A DNA stretch of 64,000 bases, taken from assembly GCA_030704615.1 (NCBI GenBank), contig CM060733.1, positions 65,038,001 to 65,102,000 on the forward strand, written 5' to 3'. The notes below the pieces were generated by a model. It saw nothing but the letters and a program-made list of their open reading frames with translations, made no database searches and was not told the origin of the DNA. Each line of letters starts with the position of its first letter. Positions within the stretch are counted from its first letter, which is position 1. A program made the translations under genes and the position numbers. The DNA is from Takakia lepidozioides. Lineage: Eukaryota; Plantae; Bryophyta. Of the stretch, positions 21,887-35,263 are shown piece by piece.

Positions 21887-24800
21887 GTGACGACGAATGC
21901 GCAAGAGCAGCTGGACACACAAGCACATCTGTTCAAGATGGAGATATCTCCTGCCAGCAGAGAGCCTACGTGACTATGTGACGAGGTACTTTCTGCTCTA
22001 CAAAACCAACCTATTCTTTCGGGAGATAGCAGATGCTCGCCGGAGCCACCAGTTCACCGACCAGCCGAACGCGGACAAAGCAGCAAATGCGCCTTCTGTA
22101 CAGGTACATACGCGCTGCTTTCTTTCAAGTCCTGGCATTTCAGGATGTTTAGAGGCCTCAAGTGGTTGTTAGGGAAAATGGCGCGAATTTCCAGTCAGGG
22201 CTCCGAAAATGGCTAAGTCCCTAGACTGGGTGGCCAGGAACTGGAAATTCGGCGCCATTTTCCAATTCCAGACCCTATTTGCCATTCAGGGACTTAGCCA
22301 TTTTCGGCCTAAGTCCCTAGACTGGCTGGCCCTGAAGTGGAAATTCGGCGCCATATTCCAGTTTTAGGCCCTAATTGCCGTTCAGGGACTTAGCCATTTT
22401 CGGCCTAAGTCCCTAGTGTGGCTGGCCCGCAACTGGAAATTCGGCGCCGTTTTTCCAGTTCCAGGCCTTTGCCGTCCAGGGACTTAGCCATTTTCGGGCT
22501 AAGTCCCTAGACTGGCTGGCCCTGAACTGGAAATTCGGCGCCCTTTTCCAGTTCCAGGCCGTATTGCCGTCCAGGGACTTAGCCATTTTCGGGCTAAGTC
22601 CCTAGACTGGCTGGCCCTGAAGTGGAAATTTGGCGCCATATTCCAGTTCCAGGCCGTATTGCCGTCCAGGGGACTTAGCCATTTTCGGTCTAAGTCCCTA
22701 GGGTGGCTGGCCCGGAACTGGAAATTCGGCGCCGTTTTCCAGTTCTAGGCCCTATTGCCGTCCAGGGGACTTAGCCATTTTGGGCTAAGTCCCTATGGGG
22801 GCTGGCCCGGAACTGGAAATTCGGCGCCGTTTTCCAGTTCTAGGCCCTATTGCCGTCCAGGGACTTAGCCATTTTCGGCTAAGTCCCTAGACTGGCTGGC
22901 TCTGACTGGAAATTCGGCGCCATTTTCCAGTTCCAGGCCGTATTGCCGTTCGGGGACTTAGCCATTTTCGGGCTAAGTCCCTAGACTGGGTGGCCCTGAA
23001 GGGAAATTCGGGCGCCAATATTCCAGTTGTAGGCCCTATTGCCGTTCAGGGACTTAGCCATTTTCGGACCTCATTGTGTTTTCATGAATGCAGGTAGGTA
23101 TGTAAGTTCTCCCTTTGGAGAAAGGTCATCTGTCTTTCGAGCCACCATTCTTCCTGGCATGGAGGAACCCTGGGGCTGACTCCATGTACACTGACGATAT
23201 TGTGAAGGAGTGGCATCTGGAACATTTGCGTGATTGCCCTTGGTATGTGGACCTTCCGCCCGGCTCGCTCGACCCATCCGAGTTCCAATTGAAGCTGGAT
23301 GCTGAATTCCGACGAAACCGGGCTCCGCTGCCTCCGTTGGGTGCAAAAGAGGCAAAAGCGCTTGCGAACTCCAGGAAAGCGGCAGAGCTTGCTCAGGCAG
23401 GAATTCAGGAGGAATTGCATGAGAAGAGTAAAGGTCAAAGGAAAGGACAAGGAAACAGGTGACTGCAGTAACACCCAAAAAGAAGAAACCATCGGGGGCA
23501 TCGGAGGAGGCGCAGGAGGGGACCCAAGAGAGTGACTCCGACGCCGATTTTGTTCAAGGTCCTGCGACTGCTGTTGCTCCTACCCAGTCACCGGTCGTCC
23601 GGGTTCCCAAGTCAGTTCGGAGTGGGACTGGCTCTGCCAAGAAGTTGGCATTTGAGGGCGAGCCTACACGGCGGTATTCGGCGGTGACGTTTACGCACAG
23701 GCCAAAGCTAGAACCTCCAACCATCATCCAATGCGTCAATGAGAGCTTCCTTGACGCTCTCGCTGCCAGGGCGAAGAAGGTGGCACACAACAAGTCTCTG
23801 GCGGAGCAGAAGGGGAGGAAGCCAAGAAGAGAGGGCTGTCGGTACAGAGCCTAAGACACCCCTGGTTTTGAAGCCATGATGGAATTCTTCACGGCTGTGA
23901 GCACGAATTGCAAGAGCACTCGGGGGGGGGTTGAGGGGAGGAGAGCTGTGCTTGCCGAATGATTCTCCTCGACATTCCAGATTGGGGAGCTGCTGGAGGG
24001 CTGGATGGTGTGCCCACCTGGAACAGGTTTACTGAGGACTACTGGAAAACCGGGTTTGGGCTGGCGGGGATGCTTCTGGATGACGGTGGATGTGTGGGTT
24101 GTCCTTGCCACAAGAGGGAAGACCACAAAGAATGCGGTGGCAAGGTGGACACCGAAAAGTGTCACCCCGGTCCTCCTCAGAAAATGGTTCTGCATCAGTA
24201 CGCAGGGGTTGCGAACAGAGGGCCAAAGTGTAAGTTATCAATCTATTGCATTCACTTCATATTGTGGTGTATGTTAAGTAGACCCTGGAATTGATCCCTT
24301 CTTTGTTGGATGTGCAGACATGGTGTTTGAGGCATATTGCTTTGTGAAGAGAGGATCTACGTTCAAATTCCGCAACGACGGTCGTCTTGTTGATGCCGCT
24401 GTGGACCCTGTAACCTACGATGTCCCTCTACAACTATGTGCCCCACTCTAGTATGCCGAAGGACACAAAGACAGGCAAACCGTGGCGGTACAGCCGGACC
24501 CGGAGCCCTGCTTTTCATCCAAACCCTCATGGAGACGTGCTCGGATGTCCAAGGGCGGGATTTCTGGACCTCACATGCGGCACGGGTTAAGCCTTCACGT
24601 GCTCAGTTTGTCCCCTGACCCCATTGCAATTGCATGCCGCAAGCTATTAACCGCCCGCTTTGTTCCTCAGGTGCTTCAATGTGGGCAGGGACGTTGTCCG
24701 ACAGGCATGTGTTCGCCTTCGAGCCAGATACTGCCCTCCACAACTCGGAACTTGCAGCGGCTGAACGTCTGCCGAAAGAAGGAAGAGGCATCCTCGGAGG

Positions 24801-25443
24801 TGAGGAAAATCCGAGAAGGAGCAGGGGGAGGAAGTTGGGATCGAGGCCGAGGAGCCCCCGGTTTACGAGTGAGTGGTGGCATTGTAAGTTGCCTCAGATT
24901 TTGTGAGGCACCTCCCTCCGCTCTCTTATTTCATTGAAAACCCTTTCTGGTTGTGCTGTATTGACATTCTTCAAGTGGATTTGTTCTTACTGTAGGATGC
25001 CAAGTACTGCCGGAGGGACGTCTACACCGGAGTTCATGGCGCAGGAGGAACGTGCCTTTTTTTGCCAGGGGGGATTTCATGCCTAGTCCAGAAAGGGAGT
25101 ACATCCTTCCTACTTATGCTGCCCGGCTGGTTCGGTGTCCATTAGGAGGTGTTCCGAACGTAGTTGTACAGCAGATTTTAGACGAGGCAAGCCTCAAGAT
25201 AAATGAAGATGAGGGAGGAGGCAACAGCTATTAGAGCCCGTCGGGCTCGTAGATTTGTGTTGGATTCTGCTGAGGAAAGTGGGGGAGAAGACGCAGAAGA
25301 TTCCCAGGAGGTGAGGTGGACAATCCCCCAAGGAGAGGACGGATTTTGAGAGGCAATAGTGGAACTGATGCATCACAGAGCTCGAGGATGAGGGGGATGG
25401 GGGGATGAGGAAGAAGGTGGGGCAAGTTCCTCGGAGGGTGTAG
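21887..25443 (+). pseudogene. Spliced beta-class N4-C/N6-A DNA methyltransferase-like gene (copy A), with single-base indels
   Basis: Motifs in beta order: ILLDIPDWG (motif IV) at ~23960, MLLDDGGCV (VI), RTRSPAFIQTLMETCSDV, ILDLTCGT/G (motif I), ASMWAGTLSDRHVFAFEPD (II). GT-AG introns at 24230-24317, 24586-24670 and 24884-24995. The upstream exon 21887-22103 and intron 22104-23093 are tentative. Confidence 0.75.
22203..23067. repeat. Tandem array of 9 units of ~95 bp, each internally palindromic
   Basis: CTAAGTCCCTA starts at 22213, 22309, 22405, 22499, 22594, 22690, 22785, 22879 and 22973. The array is bounded by the 19-bp inverted repeat CCGAAAATGGCTAAGTCCC / GGGACTTAGCCATTTTCGG. Confidence 0.95.
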
Positions 25444-25559
25444 GAGAGTATGCCCATTCCGGCTATGACAGTTAGAACACACTTGTATAGACGTGGCTTG
25501 CCACAAAATTTGCAATAAAATGTTGCATTTCAAGTCCACTGGTGCCACATTCCAATTCA

Positions 25560-25669
25560 CATGACCCTATTTCCGTGCCTCCTAACCCTATTTCCGTGGA
25601 CTCACAATGGTCTGCTCATGCTTTTTTTTTTTCCGCTCATGCTCATGCCGCTCATGAAATAGCAGCCCC
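25560..25669. repeat. Terminal sequence of element A (TIR-like, with GCTCATG subterminal repeats)
   Basis: Homologous to the reverse complement of 40185-40310; the outer 19 bp match exactly. Confidence 0.85.
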
Positions 25670-28600
25670 CAGTGAATGGTATGGAAGATTCCCTGATAAT
25701 CATTTCCTAACCTGGAATGGCTTGAATACAACATTCCGAAATAGGTTCAGGACAAGTAAAACTGAGGATGAAGTGTATGGAAGTTTACAACAGTTAAAGC
25801 AAAAGAAGCATGAACTGTTGAGGAGTATATGGAAAAGATGGAATTGATGATGAAAAAAGGGCTGCTGTACCAGCACCAGGTTTACAGAAGACTTGGTTTG
25901 TGAGTGGACTAAGACCAGAGTTGCAAAAAGAAAGTGGATATATTACCCCATAATACAGTGGAGGAGGCATTTGAAACAGCAAACAGAATTGAGCAATTGG
26001 GAATGCTCAGGAGAGAGAAGAGGGATGATGAGGACTCTAAGGATGAGTCAGACGAAGAAGAAGAGCAAGAATTGAAAAGGAAGAGTAAGAGAAAGGAGAA
26101 GTTGAAGAGGGATAACTATGAGAAAAGATTAGAAGAAATCTTGAAGAAGTATGCCCCAGAGGCTGCAACACATTGGAGGAAGGTGTTTGGTATGCAAAGT
26201 GCCAGAATGAAGGCCATACCACCACTGAATGCCACATGAAGAGAAACATTGTACTATCTGTAAGATGGATAACTTCTACTGAGAATTTTACTACAACAGA
26301 AGGACAGCTGCAAGAGAACCTAGGCAAGTAAGGGTGCATCAAGTGCAAACCCAGCCAAGAGAAACAGTGATCAGGACCACTATGGTAGGCCTGGTGGTGT
26401 TATAACAATGGCATGGAAGGGAGAGGTAATTCAAGAGGGAATTACCAAGGAAATTCCAGAGGCAACTATCAGGGTAATCCAAGGGGGAATTACCAGCCAG
26501 GGAATCAGGATTACAGAAATAATCCAAGAGCAGACCAGGGCGAGGACCCAATGGTGAAGAACTGTGTTACTATTGTAATCAGCCAGGACATCGAAAGGCA
26601 GCCTGTTCATTCTGGATTAGACACCAGAATGAGATGAGAGCTCCTTGGAATGAGGGCCCAGTGGTGGCAACTCAATGGTTAGGCCATGTGTTGTACCAGA
26701 AGTAAGTACAATGATAGTAACAAGAAGCAAAGCCAAACTAATACCTCCAGTACTTGAGGAAGATGATGATAATGAAGATGCAGTGCTTGATATGCCAAGA
26801 TGATGAGGGCTTGGGGAGATGAGAAGGAATGCACAAGGAAGTGGCAGATACCATAAGGGAAATGCCAGAAGAGTACTGATATTCTGTGGTAGATTCCTCT
26901 GATCCTGATGGAGAAGAAGAAGTGAGTGAGGATGAAAGAAAGAAAGAAGTGCAGACATGCAAAGTAATGAAGGGACTTTGGCTGAAGTAATATGCCAGAC
27001 CAAAGCAGAGATTACCATTGGACAGCTATTGGGGTGGCACCTTATTGTAGACACAGGCTGTATCAAGCAATCAATCGAATTGCCCAGGAGACAAGAAACA
27101 CAGACCTGAACAGAAGGTTGACCAGTTATAATGTGAAGCCGGAAGGGCGAGAAACAGTCATGGACTTTGATGATTCTATGCCAGTAATCCAATTGAGAAT
27201 TGGAAGCACAGAACTAACTGATGTACTGATAGATGGAGGCCTGGAGTAAATATCATGACAGACCAATTAAGGAAGAAGCTTGGTCTAAGTAACATGAAAC
27301 CAGCCCCATTTACAGTAACAATGGCAGATCAAAGAAGTGTACAGCATTGGGATTGATAAGAGGAGTTAAGATATAGATACAGAAGATGATCTTTATGATA
27401 CAATAACCTGTGTGAAATGGAGTTGAAAGTCATGAAGTGTGAGGCTTATTCCTTATTATTGGGACGTTCGTGGCTGAAACAGGCTAGGGTATTCCATGAC
27501 TGGAATTCTCAGTACTAACTGTGCATAATGGAAATGACGAGATACAAATTACCACTAAGAAAATCTAGTAGATTACCTGCTACGAGAAGACCTTGAGGGG
27601 TCAGAGAGTATGACTGGAGAGGAGGACTGGATGAGGAGCAGGAAGCTACCCTGTTCGCTGCACACCCAGAGTGGAGCAGGTTGCAGAGATGCGGCTAGAG
27701 GCCTAAGTCGTTTAAGAGGTATCTGCTGTGGTGTAGTGTCAGCAACACCAATTGAAGAGGGAAACCAGTAGTTACCATCGCATTTCTATGAAGAAAGAGA
27801 ATGAGAGAAATGGAAATCTAGAGGAACCAGCCACTATGAGTTTACAGGATGGAAGTGGTGACTGGTTGGACGATCACAGCTGATGAGCAGGTGAGGGAAG
27901 TGAATGTGGAATTGAAGAGGAATGAGGATGGTGAAGGTAGGAGCTGATTGGAGCCAGAATTCTTTGAGAAGCTAAGAGTTTGTTCATCAAATACAGGGAT
28001 GATTTGCTTGGAGCTATGAGGATCTAAAAGGGATACCACCTGAAATAGGTCAACATAAGATTGAACTGGAACCAGGGTCAGTACCAATCAAGAGGGATGA
28101 GTTACAGATGAAGCCCAACTATGCACAGAAGGTTGGGAGAAGAGGATCAAGAATGGTGGCTGAGGCTAAGTTTATATACCCAATAGAGTATGACAACTGG
28201 TTGTCACCCATTGTGGATAGTTCCCAGAAGAATGGTAAACTAAGAGTTTGTGTGAATTAAAAGAAGCTGAATGCTGTACGAAGAAAAAAGCTTGGAATGC
28301 CTTGTTGAATGTTTGCACGAAGGAAGGATCCATTCCCCTTGCACATTCACAGAAGAAGCAGTATGGACCCCGTGGCAGGGCCATGAGATATACTCATTCA
28401 TGATGGCTTTAGTGGTGATAATCAAGTGCAAGTAGTGGCAGAAGAAGACCAGGGAAGAAAGAGCTTCAATCACAGGACTGGGGTGCTTATGCATACAAAG
28501 ATTATCCCTTTGGACTTGGTAGCACCAAACAATCTTTCATGAGTATTGGATGATTTTCATGCAGGTATTCTTGGATGATTTCAGTGTGTAACAGCTAAGA

Positions 28601-31456
28601 ATGAGCACTTGCATAAATTGGAGTTAGGTCTGGCCAGATCTGCAGGAGAGAGGTCTGGGCCTGAATCCAGGAGAATGGACTTTTTTGTGTGAACTCAGGG
28701 TGCTTTGGGACACATTGTTTGTAAGAGGGACTTCTTTGGATCCCAGGAAGAAAGAGGCCATTAAAAGCCTCACAACACCACCACCGAAATGTTTTAAGAG
28801 TCTAAGGGAGATTAGATTCTTGGACAAACCAGCTATTTACAGAAGATTTGTCGAAAGTATGCACAGATAGCAGCCACCCATGAGAAAAACTTCTGAAGAA
28901 AGATGCAGATGTTTGCATGGACAGCTGAATGTCAAACAGGCTTTTGAGGAACTTACATTGTCAGTAACAACTACACCTGTGCTGATTAATCCTCATGCCA
29001 GGAAATATTTCATGTTTCACTGTGATGCTTCAGAGAAGAAGCAATGGGAAGCAGTGTTAGCCCAAAATGTTACATGAAGGATAGATTCACCTGTGTACTA
29101 TGCTAGCCGATTGATATGAACAATGCCGAAAGAAATTATAGCACAAAGAAGAGAAGCATTGGCAATGATCTATGCAGTGTAAGAAATTCAGGCATTACCT
29201 TGTTGGGCAAGAAGTTTATGTTCTAATGGGATCACCAGGCTCTGATATACCTGGTAAAAAACCTCTGATAAGCGGAAGAAGAATAGCAAGATGGTTGATA
29301 ATCTTGCACGAGTTTGAGTTCGAGGTTGTTTACAAGCCTGGGAGGCTGCATCTTGTGGCGGATCAACTTGTCACGGTTATCAACAGGAGAACCAGCCACG
29401 GGAGTAGATGATCATTACCAGATGCGAGTCTATTTGCAGTGGAGGTGCAGGGAAGTGCAGATGACTGGTTAGATTGGCAGTGGCCAATCAGATACTACCT
29501 TGCTCATGGTCAGTGCCCACCAAGTTATGGAAAGGAGCAGAGAAAGAGAATTGCTATCAAGGCTCTACCTTACACTATGGTAGGAAGCAGAATGATTAAG
29601 CTAGGACCAGATGGAGTGCTGAAGCGATGCTTATCCCACCATGAAGTTAATAAAGTTTTGGAGGAAGTTCATAAAGGAGTGGCGGAGGTCATTTGGGAGA
29701 AGAGATACAGTGGAAGATACTACATGCCGGTTACTGGTGGCCTACTTTGTTCAAAGATGTACACAAGTATTGTCAGAGTTGTGATGAATGTCAGAGGCTA
29801 GGACCTTTGCAGAGATCTGGAAGATGGCTTTGCATCTACAATGCCTACGGAACCATTTCAGAAATGGGGACTAGAACTTTGTTGGACCAATTAACCCACC
29901 AGCCAAGAATACACAGAACAGGTACATAATTACAGCCACTGATTATACTACGAAGTGGGTGGAAGCTAAAGCTTTGAGGGACAACACAGCCAAGTCACAG
30001 CAAGGTTCCTGTATGAGAACATACTTACACGATTTGGCTGTCCCTGGAATTTATCAGTGACCAGGGGAAGTCACTTCATTAATGAGACTATTGAACTTTG
30101 ACTAAAGAGTTCATGATTGTGCATAGGAGAGCACAACTATTACCCACAGGGTAATGGATAGGCAGAGGCTACACAAAATATTATGTACTTCTTGGCTAAG
30201 ATAGTCAATGCAAACAGAAGATTGGGATACAAAGCTCCTGACAGCTTTGTGGTCATACATGACTTCATATAAAGTCACCACTAAGTATACACCATTTCAA
30301 TTAGTTTATGGTATGGAAGTTTTACTTCCAGTGGAATTCCTGTTACCTACCATGAGAACGGAATGGGGAAAGAGAATGGAATTGCAAGATTCAATTAAGG
30401 TCAGGAAACATGAAATTATACATGTGGAAGAAGTACGTGCTGATGCAGCTGATAATATGACCAAAATTTTGATGAAGAGGAAGGAACAGTTTGATGAAGG
30501 CAAGTTAAAGACTTTTAAGACGGGAGATTTGGTTCTCTGGTTGCAGAAGAAGGGAACGATTAAAGCTTCTAAGCTTAAATCACCATGGAAAGGACCTTAT
30601 GTCATACAGAAATGTATGATAACAACAACGCCATGTTACAAACCATTAACAAAGAGATGCTGGGAAGAGTTAATGCCAATAAGTTGAAGGGGTACAGTGG
30701 TATCCATGACAAACCATTGCAGCATGATTTGCATGTTGAAAGCAGAGAAGAAGAAGCAGTCGGGGCTGCGCAATGATACCAACGGAGTATGGAGCACTTG
30801 TCGCTAGGCCGAGCGTATATGACCAGGGCGGGCAGTACAAGTGTGGCACAGCCTATCTCAGCCCATCACGGCGCAACACAGCCTATCACAACCTACCACA
30901 GCGTGTCATAGCCTATCACAACGTACCACAGTATGACACAGCCTGTCACAGCTCAACACAGCTTACTGGGTTACACAGTCCATCATAGAATCCGTGACAG
31001 GTGGACGTGGGTTAACATCCGGACAGTGGCCGGCGGAAAAGTGGACGGAGGCACGTTTTAAAATAGACACGTGGACGCCAGGGCGAGACACACAGCCGGA
31101 CATGGAGTTGCAAAGCCAAGTGTCATCAAGAAAGAAGACAAATTTGGCCGTCAAAGTACCTACCCGACACATTAACTTATTATGGGCCCATTAATGCATA
31201 TAGGGAAAGGGTAACGGAACCCTTTAAAAGTACCGAAAAGCAAAATCCATGTCACATGTGCTATCCTAGTGGACAGTCCAGAGTGAAAAATCCATGGAAG
31301 GAAATTAAATCTAAAATCCAGTCACAGCAGTTACAGCCAATCATAAGCCAGAAGCAGGATCAAGAAAAAGGGGGATTTTAAGCGCAAGAGTCGGCGTCGT
31401 TCCAAGTAACGGGCGTCTCGACGGGACAGACCATCAATGCTATAGCTTTGAAGCTT

Positions 31457-34400
31457 ATGGAGGAACTAACAGACTATACGCTCGCGATACTACTTACGCA
31501 GTGGCACGGGGATAGAAGAACAGAGAGTGTCTTTCTCTTAATCGATGCTTGCAAGCCCCGCAGGCTTACAAGAAATTACCCATAGCATTTTGTGGCAACC
31601 ATACGTTTATGTTTTGTGCACTGCAGGCATTTCTTCAATTGTTACAGCCAAAACCTTTCTGGGGGTCTAGAATGAAGAGAGTGAGAGGAATGAAAGGAAG
31701 AAATCAGGGTGAAGAGCACCACAATCCTGCAGAAAACAAACGATTGCTACTCCACAGGCGGTACAGTTACTGAAGGAGCTGCGATTAGAAGGATTGCAAA
31801 GCAAAGATTGGACATTGCACCATAGGTGTACATGTTACAATTCTTGCAGAACTTTGAGCCTAGGACAGAGAGCAACAACGGTGAAGGGAGTTGAATTAGA
31901 AATTACTCCCTATATACCTACAGCAATTGTTTGAATTGCCATCAGGTCAGGTGCATGTGGAGGAGCACAGGGCAAGACTGCAAATAAGAGACTTATTCCA
32001 AGAAGGGAGTTTCTTTAAAACTCAAGGTTATGCTTGTACCAAGGCGTGGTACCCAGGGCTAAGGGAGGTAGGCCAGGTATTGAACGTTTGTTTGCATGAA
32101 ACAGAACCAACAGTATTTGAGCAGATCCTTCACAGAGGAAATACTCAAAGCCTGAGAGGAGAAGAGGTAGCAGGGGGGACATAATGTACAACGCACTGGT
32201 AGAGGAGATGAAGAGATTACAAGGCACTGCCGCAAAAGTCTCCTATCATAGTGTCTGGGCCAATCATTGCACAAATATTCTAGACTCGTGCATACTTGAT
32301 GCGAGAGAAGGAGGAGATGGGAGTGTTTGAGACAGACAACCACTGCCATAGAAGAGCAAGGCCTTCTTCACACAGTGAGGGTGGACTGGCAGGGCAACCC
32401 CAGTCTAAGAGACAGAGGCGGGAAAGACTTGTAGTGGCGGATCCACTGGCTTCACGGAAACCGCATGATAATGTTTCCCAAGCTCTTGTGCAAGGAAGGG
32501 GCACAGCAGCACAGAGAGCTGCTATTATTGGAAGCAGGGCCTTTAGAGAGGGAAGAGGAAGTTACTTCAGTATCACAGCCATCACAGCCAGATGATCGGC
32601 TTGCCACAGAGTTACCAGAAGTTGTCCATGCAGTTCCACACAAATAATTGATGGAGAAAGAAGGGTTAGATATCCCTACTACAGAACAGGTGGTGGCCCA
32701 AATTGAGAAGGGGGACCTTCTCTATGAAAATTCTGGCTTGGTCAGGGAAACAATGATTGCAGAGGTGCAGCGGTTGTCCAGGGGAAACCCTGCTGTGCAT
32801 AAATACAACACTGGTGACGGAGGTACCACAGGTAGAATGTCAAGACACTGCAGCACCTGTGACGGATGAAGTGGTTCAGGAAGAAAATCTGGGGGCAATG
32901 GCCTGAATGGTTCGTGAGGCATCACATTGTTGAGGATCAGGGAGAACAGCAGCAAGCTCACCATGATGACCCTCAACAGGCCATGCTTATGAGTTCCATA
33001 AGCATGACACTTAATTTGTTGGCCACTTATGTCAAATCCCATGTTCCAACTACCCAATTGGCAGCTTTGAGGGAGGAACTCAGGAAGGAGTTTGAGGCTC
33101 GACTTGCCCCTGAGTGTGCAAACAAAGTCGATGAGGAGGTCACTCTCAAGATACAGAAAGACTTAGAGAGTACAAAAGCTGCTTTGCAATTGGCCAATGA
33201 ACAATTGATTGAGGAAGGCCTCGCGCAAGACCAGTTGCACGAAGCACATAAGCAACAGCTATACCAAATGCAGGTGAAGCATGAAAGCAAGTTGCAAGAA
33301 GTGAATGCACTACATACGGAATTGCAGACAGTGCATGACAGGATGACCATACAATGTGCTACACTCACAACTACGCTTGAGCAAACTACATTAGAAGTTA
33401 ACAACCCAAGCGAAAGATGTATGAAGGCACAGGCTGATAATCTCGAGCAGACGAAACTCATTATTGATATGAAGAATACAATATGTCGCAACGAGAATAC
33501 TTTCAAGCAATACAGGCAGGTTGAAGCTGACCAAGAGAGGTACATACTGGAATTGCAACAAACGCTCATGTCCAATAGAAATGAACTCTCTGTGGCTAAC
33601 AAGGCTTGGAAGGAAGCCAATAATCTGGCTGCTGCATATGCGAGTTTGGTTGAACCTCATGCGAAGTGCATGGAGGCTTTATAGCAGCAGATAGATGTGT
33701 ACAGGCTCATAGAGGAGCAGACTCTCAGGGGTGCCACAAGCAACTTGGTGAATAACCACCTTATGTAGGTCTGGTTAGCACAAGGGCCGATGGAGGGCAA
33801 AGCACCACGAAAGCTCACCCAAAGCGAGATGAATGAGCTCAGACTGCAAGTGCAGAACATTGCCACAACTACTATAGATAATGTCTATAGTAAGATAGCG
33901 GAGTTACAGGAGGATGTAGACGGCCTGCAGACTCAGGTGGAGGACCTCACTTCAAATATCGACAAGAGAGTCTTTGTACCTGAGGAGCAGCTGGTGGCTT
34001 CTTATTTACAAGCCAGAACTTTGGCTTTTCAGTCTTCTTCGCAGGGGGTGCAGGAGATGCCAGTGGTACAAGAGCCAGTGCCACCAACACCAAACAAGTC
34101 ACTGTGACAGTAGCTGACCCTGTTGTTACTACAGCCACACCACAGCCACCACAGCCGAGGTATGGGGGATGGGGCTGCTTTTAACCCACCTAAAACTCAT
34201 GCTGCACGGGAGTACAGTCGGGCTATGATAATGCCCTTCAACCAAATTCCAATTGTGTTGGATTTGGCTTGGAAATAATTTAGTCCTCCACAGTCGTTGG
34301 CACATTACTACCAGATCATGCGCATTTGGCTGCCAGTGGCAACTAGGACTAAGGTTCTTCCGAACAATCGACCCATTGAGGATCATCACTTTGCGAGGTA

Positions 34401-35223
34401 CTGGCAGGAGGCAAGTACCATGTTGAAGGAATTAATTGCCTTCCAAGTTGTACATGGGTACATTTATACAAGACCAAGGAGGTAGCAAGTATTGTCATGG
34501 GCTGTGGCTATACTACGCTGCTTGTTTTCTGGCACGTTATCACATTGAGCAGCAGAAAATGCAATCGCGATTTCTGAGTTATTCCAGTGGGGATCATTGG
34601 GTCTTACCTTCAGTGCCACCTCATATGTACCTCTATGATGCAAAGGTGATGATGCAAAAGGACTCCCAACTTCGTTCATGGTTTCAAGCGGCCTGGAACA
34701 ATTTGTCAACACAGAAATTCGGGCCTGACGATATTTTCTTTAAGGGCCAAGAGGCATGGAAATACTTGCACAATTCACAAGTCATTGGTACACCACTCAC
34801 CTGGACAGACAAGGAGTTCGGGTCTTCACCAATTTTGCCATTCAGCGCTTACAAAAAGTTTTGCAATTAAACTTCCAGACATGGTGGGACAACATTGTAT
34901 GCCCCAGAGAATTCCAGTTAGAGTTCGACCGTTAAAACACCTCAGGGGGGACGAGGATTCTGATACTACTGTTTCTTCAGCGGACTCTTTTGACATGGCA
35001 GAGGACTATGCAATTCAGATGGCAGAGAAGAAGCAACGGGGGTCTCCTATGCCTGAAAGATTACCTCGATATCAGCCTCCAGAGGGACTGACATATCCAG
35101 GTAGTGTTCAATCATCTCCCTCAACTAGTGACAGGACACGGGCTCGCACACACGGAGTCCTTCACAGACTCTCAACATCACAAGGGTGCTCGCTCACAAA
35201 GGTTTACAAATCCCAAACAGTAA
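31457..35223 (+). pseudogene. E4 extra ORF (homolog of the E2 extra ORF), fragmented
   Basis: Fragments 31549..31773, 32866..33684, 33790..34107, 34436..34870 and 34785..35246 align to the E2 ORF. Confidence 0.88.
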
Positions 35224-35263
35224 ACCGTGAGGACACGGCTTTTTGAGAGGGGGTGGGGGGTAA

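Larger units (their letters stand above)
19381..25669 (+). mobile_element. Element A: putative DNA transposon carrying a spliced amino-methyltransferase-like gene; the right end is visible and the left part is interrupted by E3
   Basis: Ends ...CTCATGAAATAGCAGCCCC abruptly against the E4 gag. Its ~120-bp end, palindrome array and MTase gene are all shared with element B. Confidence 0.7.

Noticed and set aside
23700-24780. Bacterial contamination or a restriction-modification operon
   Set aside because: The gene has spliceosomal introns conserved between two copies, no restriction endonuclease is visible, and it is embedded among plant TEs.
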